This document shows, piece by piece, positions 59,616-64,000 of a stretch of DNA of 64,000 nt. The notes under the pieces were generated by a model, which saw only the letters and a list, made by a program, of their open reading frames with translations, ran no database searches and was not told the DNA's origin. Both the position numbers and the translations under genes were made by a program. This DNA is from a virus (Duplodnaviria > Caudoviricetes), in the IMG/VR virus record IMGVR_UViG_3300014204_000146, positions 26,592-90,591 of that record; one strand, given 5' to 3'. The stretch's first letter is position 1; each line of letters opens with the position of its first letter.

Positions 59616-59706
59616 GATATGAAAATTATAAATTATGATTATGGTTATATATTTGATTGCTGTATTCATGGCAAAATAATTGTTACTCATGAAAAAAATA
59701 CAAGAT

Positions 59707-59868
59707 ATGAAATATGCGGTTGATGTTCCAAATTCAGACGTTTCAGACCCGAACAATGTATGGTTGGCGGTTGAATATTTTAAAACGCGCAAAGAGGCAG
59801 TAAAATTTGCTCAAGAGAAATATGGAGCAGATAAAAATGGAAAAGTTTCTTTAGTAAGTTCGCTATAA
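59707..59868 (+). CDS. hypothetical protein
   Basis: Manual start choice at MKYAVDV. Confidence 0.45.
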   Translation: MKYAVDVPNSDVSDPNNVWLAVEYFKTRKEAVKFAQEKYGADKNGKVSLVSSL

Positions 59869-60034
59869 AAGAAAGGGTTACCTATGAATATTTTCGAGTT
59901 GGCTGGTATGGAGTTGCGCCGGGAAGGTAAAAAAGAATATAGTACCAATGACCTTTTGAAAAAAGCCGTTATCATTCGTAATTGGCTTATTCGTTGCCGT
60001 TCCCGGAGACAAGCAGCACAGACAAGGAAAAGAC

Positions 60035-60063
60035 TTGCGCTTGTAAAATAAATATGCTATACT
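60035..60063 (+). promoter_or_regulatory. sigma70 promoter
   Basis: TTGCGC-N17-TATACT with extended TG. Confidence 0.65.
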
Positions 60064-60285
60064 TTATATGTAAGACAATAAAACACAATCTAACAAAGGA
60101 GATTTTCATGCGTTAAATTCCCCGACAATAGCGAGCAGAAACCAGAGAACTCTCGCTCGCCTAAAGAAAGTTAACTCTGGATATTAAAGGAAAAGACAGG
60201 GCTGCGAAAAACTGCGCCTCAGCATGGCTTCAAGCGCCTAAGACTTGACCAGCCCTGTCAATTTTTAAAAAAGGAACCGTGTATT

Positions 60286-60552
60286 ATGAAAAAAAATTAT
60301 TATAAACAAAAAGAAAATGAAACCGTTGTTATATCTTGTATTGCAAAAAAAGTAAGAGATAGCGACATTTATTTGGGAAATTTTATCTATCAGGGTACAA
60401 TTGAACAATACACACAAAGAAAATCCTCAAATCCAGTAACTTGGTTTAATGTATATTTAGGCACAGATAAAAACTATCTTGACATTGAAGCAAATAAATT
60501 TGTAGATTCGATACTTCCGCTTATTGGGAAAAAAGTTAAACTATTTTCTTGA
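60286..60552 (+). CDS. hypothetical protein
   Basis: ORF after the structured intergenic region. Confidence 0.5.
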   Translation: MKKNYYKQKENETVVISCIAKKVRDSDIYLGNFIYQGTIEQYTQRKSSNPVTWFNVYLGTDKNYLDIEANKFVDSILPLIGKKVKLFS

Positions 60553-60577
60553 CAAACAGAGATTTTCATGCTATACT
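60549..60577 (+). promoter_or_regulatory. sigma70 promoter
   Basis: TTGACAAACAGAGATTTTCATGCTATACT. Confidence 0.8.
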
Positions 60578-60630
60578 TTAAGTAGAGGCTAAAGAGAAGT
60601 CAAACCGAAGTATAGCAAAAGGAGGCAGAA

Positions 60631-61578
60631 GTGGCTCATAACATTCTTAAAGACAAAATGGTGTGTGTTGGTACAGCCTGGCACGATGTAGGAACGCGAG
60701 TTGAGAAAGAAATGACCGCAGCCGAAGCCATAAGGCTGGCAAAGCTGGATTATCAGGTAATAAAAATGCCAATGTCCGCGCAGTCATCCGAAGGAAACAT
60801 AGAATCGGAATTTTTCGGGACAGTTAACACCGAAAACAAAGCAGTCCTGGGAATAGTAACAGACCGATACCAGATAATGCAGAACGTTGAAGCTTTCGGA
60901 TTTTTTGACAGTGTAGTAAAGACAGGAGAAGCTTTCTATCATTCAGCCGGGGCGCTTGGCAAGGGTGAACGCATCTGGATTTTGGCAAAGTTGCCTAAGA
61001 ATATCCTGGTATATAAGGATATAGATACCGTTGAGCAGTATTTGCTCTTGACCAATTCCCACGACGGAAGCTCCGCGCTTATGATGTATTTTACGCCTAT
61101 TCGCGTAGTATGTCAGAATACGCTGATTTTGTCTCTGGGAAACAAGTCAGAGGGCATTTCTATCAGGCATACTTTGAATATGCAGGACAAAGTAAACGAA
61201 GCTCGCCGGGCGCTTGGATTGGCAGTTGATTTTTATGCCAATTTTGAAGAGGTTGCCAAAAAGATGGTTGCCACGCCAATGGATACAGCAAAAGCCGGAA
61301 GATATTATGAGGGGCTTTTGAAAATCAACGAAGAAGACAAGACCAGCACCCAGAAGAAAAATACCTACGACGAATTGATACAGCTGTTTCATACCGGAAA
61401 AGGCAATGATGTTCCCGGCGTAAAAGATACGGTCTGGGCTGGTTACAACGCGGTAACAGAATATGCAGACTTCCACAAGACTGTTCGCGGTGATAACCGG
61501 GTACAATCAATTCTTTTCGGCAGCGGAGCAGAGTTAAAGCGCCGGGCATTTCAGGAAGCTATGGCAATCGCAAAATAG
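60631..61578 (+). CDS. DUF932-family phage/plasmid protein (TIGR03299-like)
   Basis: AWH..G, LGIVTDRYQIMQN.EAF.FFD, AGALGKGERIW, NSHDGS, PIRVVCQNTL, TVWAGYNAVTEY.D. Confidence 0.88.
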   Translation: MAHNILKDKMVCVGTAWHDVGTRVEKEMTAAEAIRLAKLDYQVIKMPMSAQSSEGNIESEFFGTVNTENKAVLGIVTDRYQIMQNVEAFGFFDSVVKTGEAFYHSAGALGKGERIWILAKLPKNILVYKDIDTVEQYLLLTNSHDGSSALMMYFTPIRVVCQNTLILSLGNKSEGISIRHTLNMQDKVNEARRALGLAVDFYANFEEVAKKMVATPMDTAKAGRYYEGLLKINEEDKTSTQKKNTYDELIQLFHTGKGNDVPGVKDTVWAGYNAVTEYADFHKTVRGDNRVQSILFGSGAELKRRAFQEAMAIAK

Positions 61579-61743
61579 ATGGGCGGTGAAGGCTGCGCTA
61601 TCCAGCAGTCAGAAACAATCCCGGAATATGGTTACTTACCGCAATAGTCCGGGTCTTAAAAAAGCCAGAGAGGGAAGCGCCGAGCGCAACGATATGGATA
61701 CGGAACGCTTCGGCGCATCCCTCGAATAAAAAAGGAAGGATAA

Positions 61744-62076
61744 ATGAATAATCATAAACAGGTTTTAAATATAGTTTTGGGCGGGCAGGAAGCTCCAGAT
61801 TTTGATGCTATCGGACGCTTGACTGCGATTGAATATCCGGGAGTATTTTTAAAACTTTTAGATATACAAAAGAAAGCTGCACGTCAAAAAGAGTTGATAG
61901 ACAAAATGAACTCTGAAGATGCCATGAACAAAGAATTGATTTTGATTATGAATACTCGGTTTGGTTATATACCAGCAATAAAAAGATATAGAGAATTGAC
62001 TGGACAGAGTTTGAAAGAAGGAAAAGAATATATTGATGCTTTATATCTTAAACATGGAATTTTAAGAAACATGTAA
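61744..62076 (+). CDS. protein with ribosomal L7/L12 C-terminal-like domain
   Basis: IPAIKRYRELTGQSLKEGKEYID. Confidence 0.65.
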   Translation: MNNHKQVLNIVLGGQEAPDFDAIGRLTAIEYPGVFLKLLDIQKKAARQKELIDKMNSEDAMNKELILIMNTRFGYIPAIKRYRELTGQSLKEGKEYIDALYLKHGILRNM

Positions 62077-62089
62077 CCAGGAGGTTATC

Positions 62090-62482
62090 GTGGAAAAGAA
62101 AGAACAGACTTTAAAACAGCAGATGGAGAATCAGCTCTACAAAATAGAGCTTGACTTGAAGTTATCGTTAGAAAAAGATACAGAGGCATATCAGAGAGCA
62201 ATGGAATCTATTTTGGCATTTCATTCAGTGTTGAACGCGCTTTTATTAGCGACAGAAACAGTGCCAGGACTCTGTTTCGCAAAAATGTCTGAGCTGAAGA
62301 ATATGGTGATTGATATTATTGCTCAGAATATGCAGAAGTATCAGTATCGGATAAAATATCGTACCACGAAGGACAATTTATACGATTGTTTTATTTGGGC
62401 TGGGAGTTTTTTCGGAGCTTCGGAAAAATTCAAAAAGTTTAGGACAGAGTGTCCAGCTGTAGAAATTGTCAAGATACAATAA
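62090..62482 (+). CDS. hypothetical protein
   Basis: AGGAGG RBS. Confidence 0.6.
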   Translation: MEKKEQTLKQQMENQLYKIELDLKLSLEKDTEAYQRAMESILAFHSVLNALLLATETVPGLCFAKMSELKNMVIDIIAQNMQKYQYRIKYRTTKDNLYDCFIWAGSFFGASEKFKKFRTECPAVEIVKIQ

Positions 62483-62617
62483 GAGAACGAAAATTACGGC
62501 TCGCAAAGTGTAAGTGCCAGAGCAATAGCTGTCAGGCAATGGCACACTAACACAAGCTATAAAAAGAAACCTTCAGCGCGACAGCTCTGGAAGGAGTTTC
62601 TTGCCTATAAATTTTAA

Positions 62618-62887
62618 ATGGAGGTTGATGTGAGCGCAGCAACGGAAGCCAAGAGAGAAGCATTAATACAGGTGCTTTGGAATATGATAGATAAAGAGTA
62701 TAATATCTGTCTTTATAATAAGAAGATGAAAGCTCTTGATGCTTTTGTAAGTGCTTGTAAGGTTGCAGACCTTCATTTGCAGCAGCTCATTAAAGCCAGT
62801 CCTCAAGATAAAAGTTTTTTTATCTCAACAGGACTGCGCTTAAAATGGCAGCTGGAAGAATCTTTTAAAATTAAAGCAGGAGTATAA
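62618..62887 (+). CDS. hypothetical protein
   Basis: Operon-packed before ruvB. Confidence 0.55.
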   Translation: MEVDVSAATEAKREALIQVLWNMIDKEYNICLYNKKMKALDAFVSACKVADLHLQQLIKASPQDKSFFISTGLRLKWQLEESFKIKAGV

Positions 62888-62888
62888 T

Positions 62889-63881
62889 ATGAGCTTTTGG
62901 AATAACATGTTTGATTTTTTAGGGATGGCTTCTATGATGACCGAAGAAAAGGTAGAAGAGAAAGCGCCTTTTTATTTGAAAGAAGTCATGCCTATTAAAT
63001 TTATTTATAGACCTCAGACTTGGGATGAGTATATCGGACAGGACAACGCAAAGGAGTGCGCAAAGTTAAAAATAAATCAAATTATAAACTATAAGCCAGT
63101 GCATATATTATTGTCCGGGAGAGCCGGGGGAGGGAAGACTTCTCTTGTTAATTTAATAGGAAAATATTTACAGTTTGATATTACATATCAGATTGGGGAG
63201 ACCTTCACACTTGACTCTTTAAGAGAGTTTTTAATTGCTAACGAAAGTGGAAAGCGACCGCGCATGTTGTTTATTGATGAAATTCATGGACTTAAAAAAG
63301 CAATAGCAGAATTTATGTATCCCATTCTCGAAGATTTTATCTTGCCTACTAATGGCAAGACTATCAGACCTTTTGTCATGGCAGGGACTACAACGGATAA
63401 ATACACCATGATTAAAAAATATAAACCTCTGGTAGACCGTATGGCTGCGGATATTCAGCTGGAGGATTATACTTATGCTGATATGGAGCAGATAATCCGA
63501 CAGTATAACCAGCAGATTTATAAAATAGAAGTCCCGGAAGCTACTTATTTTTTACTGGCTCAGAACGTGAGAAGAACGCCCAGGATTGCCATTTCATTTT
63601 TCGATGATTATGTGATGTGTAAAGATATTTTTAAAGTGTTAAAAATTCACCGAATCATCAAAGAAGGATTGACTGATATAGATATAAAAGTGCTGAGGTA
63701 TCTCGCGGAGACCGGAAAGGCTGCTGGAGAAGAGACCTTAGCAATCGTTGGAGGCGTGGAGCGAGCAAATTATCGGCTGATAGTAGAGCCTTATTTGATT
63801 GCTGAAGGATACCTGGCAAAAACTAATAAAGGGAGAATAATTTTAGAAAAAGGAAATAAACTATTGGAGGATTTAAAATGA
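62889..63881 (+). CDS. ruvB: RuvB-like Holliday junction branch-migration AAA+ ATPase
   Basis: RPQTWDEYIGQ, GRAGGGKT, LFIDEIH, GTTT, RTPRIA, GLTDIDIKVL, EPYLI..G....KGR winged helix. Confidence 0.88.
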   Translation: MSFWNNMFDFLGMASMMTEEKVEEKAPFYLKEVMPIKFIYRPQTWDEYIGQDNAKECAKLKINQIINYKPVHILLSGRAGGGKTSLVNLIGKYLQFDITYQIGETFTLDSLREFLIANESGKRPRMLFIDEIHGLKKAIAEFMYPILEDFILPTNGKTIRPFVMAGTTTDKYTMIKKYKPLVDRMAADIQLEDYTYADMEQIIRQYNQQIYKIEVPEATYFLLAQNVRRTPRIAISFFDDYVMCKDIFKVLKIHRIIKEGLTDIDIKVLRYLAETGKAAGEETLAIVGGVERANYRLIVEPYLIAEGYLAKTNKGRIILEKGNKLLEDLK

Positions 63882-64000
63882 AAAAATATGAATTGTTAAA
63901 GAATGATTTTATTGAAATTTTTGGTAGAAAGTTATATCGTATTAAAGCATTAATATCTTTTGATATTGTTGTAAAAGGAGAACTTGGTGGATATATCGAA
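63878..64000 (+). CDS. phage protein (3' partial) of the MKKYEL...LYRIKAL...GELGGYIE family
   Basis: Manual translation; family often carries downstream repeats. Confidence 0.65.
   Translation, partial: MKKYELLKNDFIEIFGRKLYRIKALISFDIVVKGELGGYIE

Noticed and set aside
61579-61655. HDV-like, twister or pistol ribozyme assignment
   Set aside because: The helix order is suggestive, but the linkers are too short for P3/P4 and the catalytic consensus residues were not found.
1-64000. Stop-codon reassignment (alternative genetic code)
   Set aside because: Long genes are intact and tightly packed under the standard code, and genes end in TAA, TGA or TAG.
1-64000. Prophage, integrase, DGR or retron
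   Set aside because: No integrase, repressor, reverse transcriptase or host genes are recognisable in the window.

Overview
A 64-kb segment of a lytic-looking, AT-rich tailed dsDNA phage, probably a siphovirus (tape measure and tail tube, no sheath) with a bacterial host (AGGAG ribosome-binding sites, sigma70 promoters, peptide deformylase). Four blocks are visible. (1) 1-13.7 kb, + strand: replication and recombination genes (Hjc-like and RuvC resolvases, ATP-dependent ligase, RecA, intein-containing PolB, Mom-family DNA modifier, Mre11/Rad50-like pair, SSB). (2) 13.9-25.4 kb, + strand: a glycosylation/phosphotransfer cluster and RNA-repair genes. (3) 25.4-50.3 kb, - strand: the virion operon from terminase to tail. 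(4) 50.4-64 kb: a ~800-nt structured non-coding element, an origin-like repeat array and a divergent early region with many sigma70 promoters, ending in RuvB. The top finding is a complete, CCA-ending tRNA-Gly(TCC)-like cloverleaf (6664-6738) embedded in frame in the 5' end of the mom-like gene. It keeps the glycyl-tRNA synthetase identity elements but lacks the D-loop GG and TPsiC motifs, like non-ribosomal tRNA-Gly species, which suggests a self-supplied glycyl donor for DNA hypermodification. All assignments come from motif reading by eye; no database searches were run.
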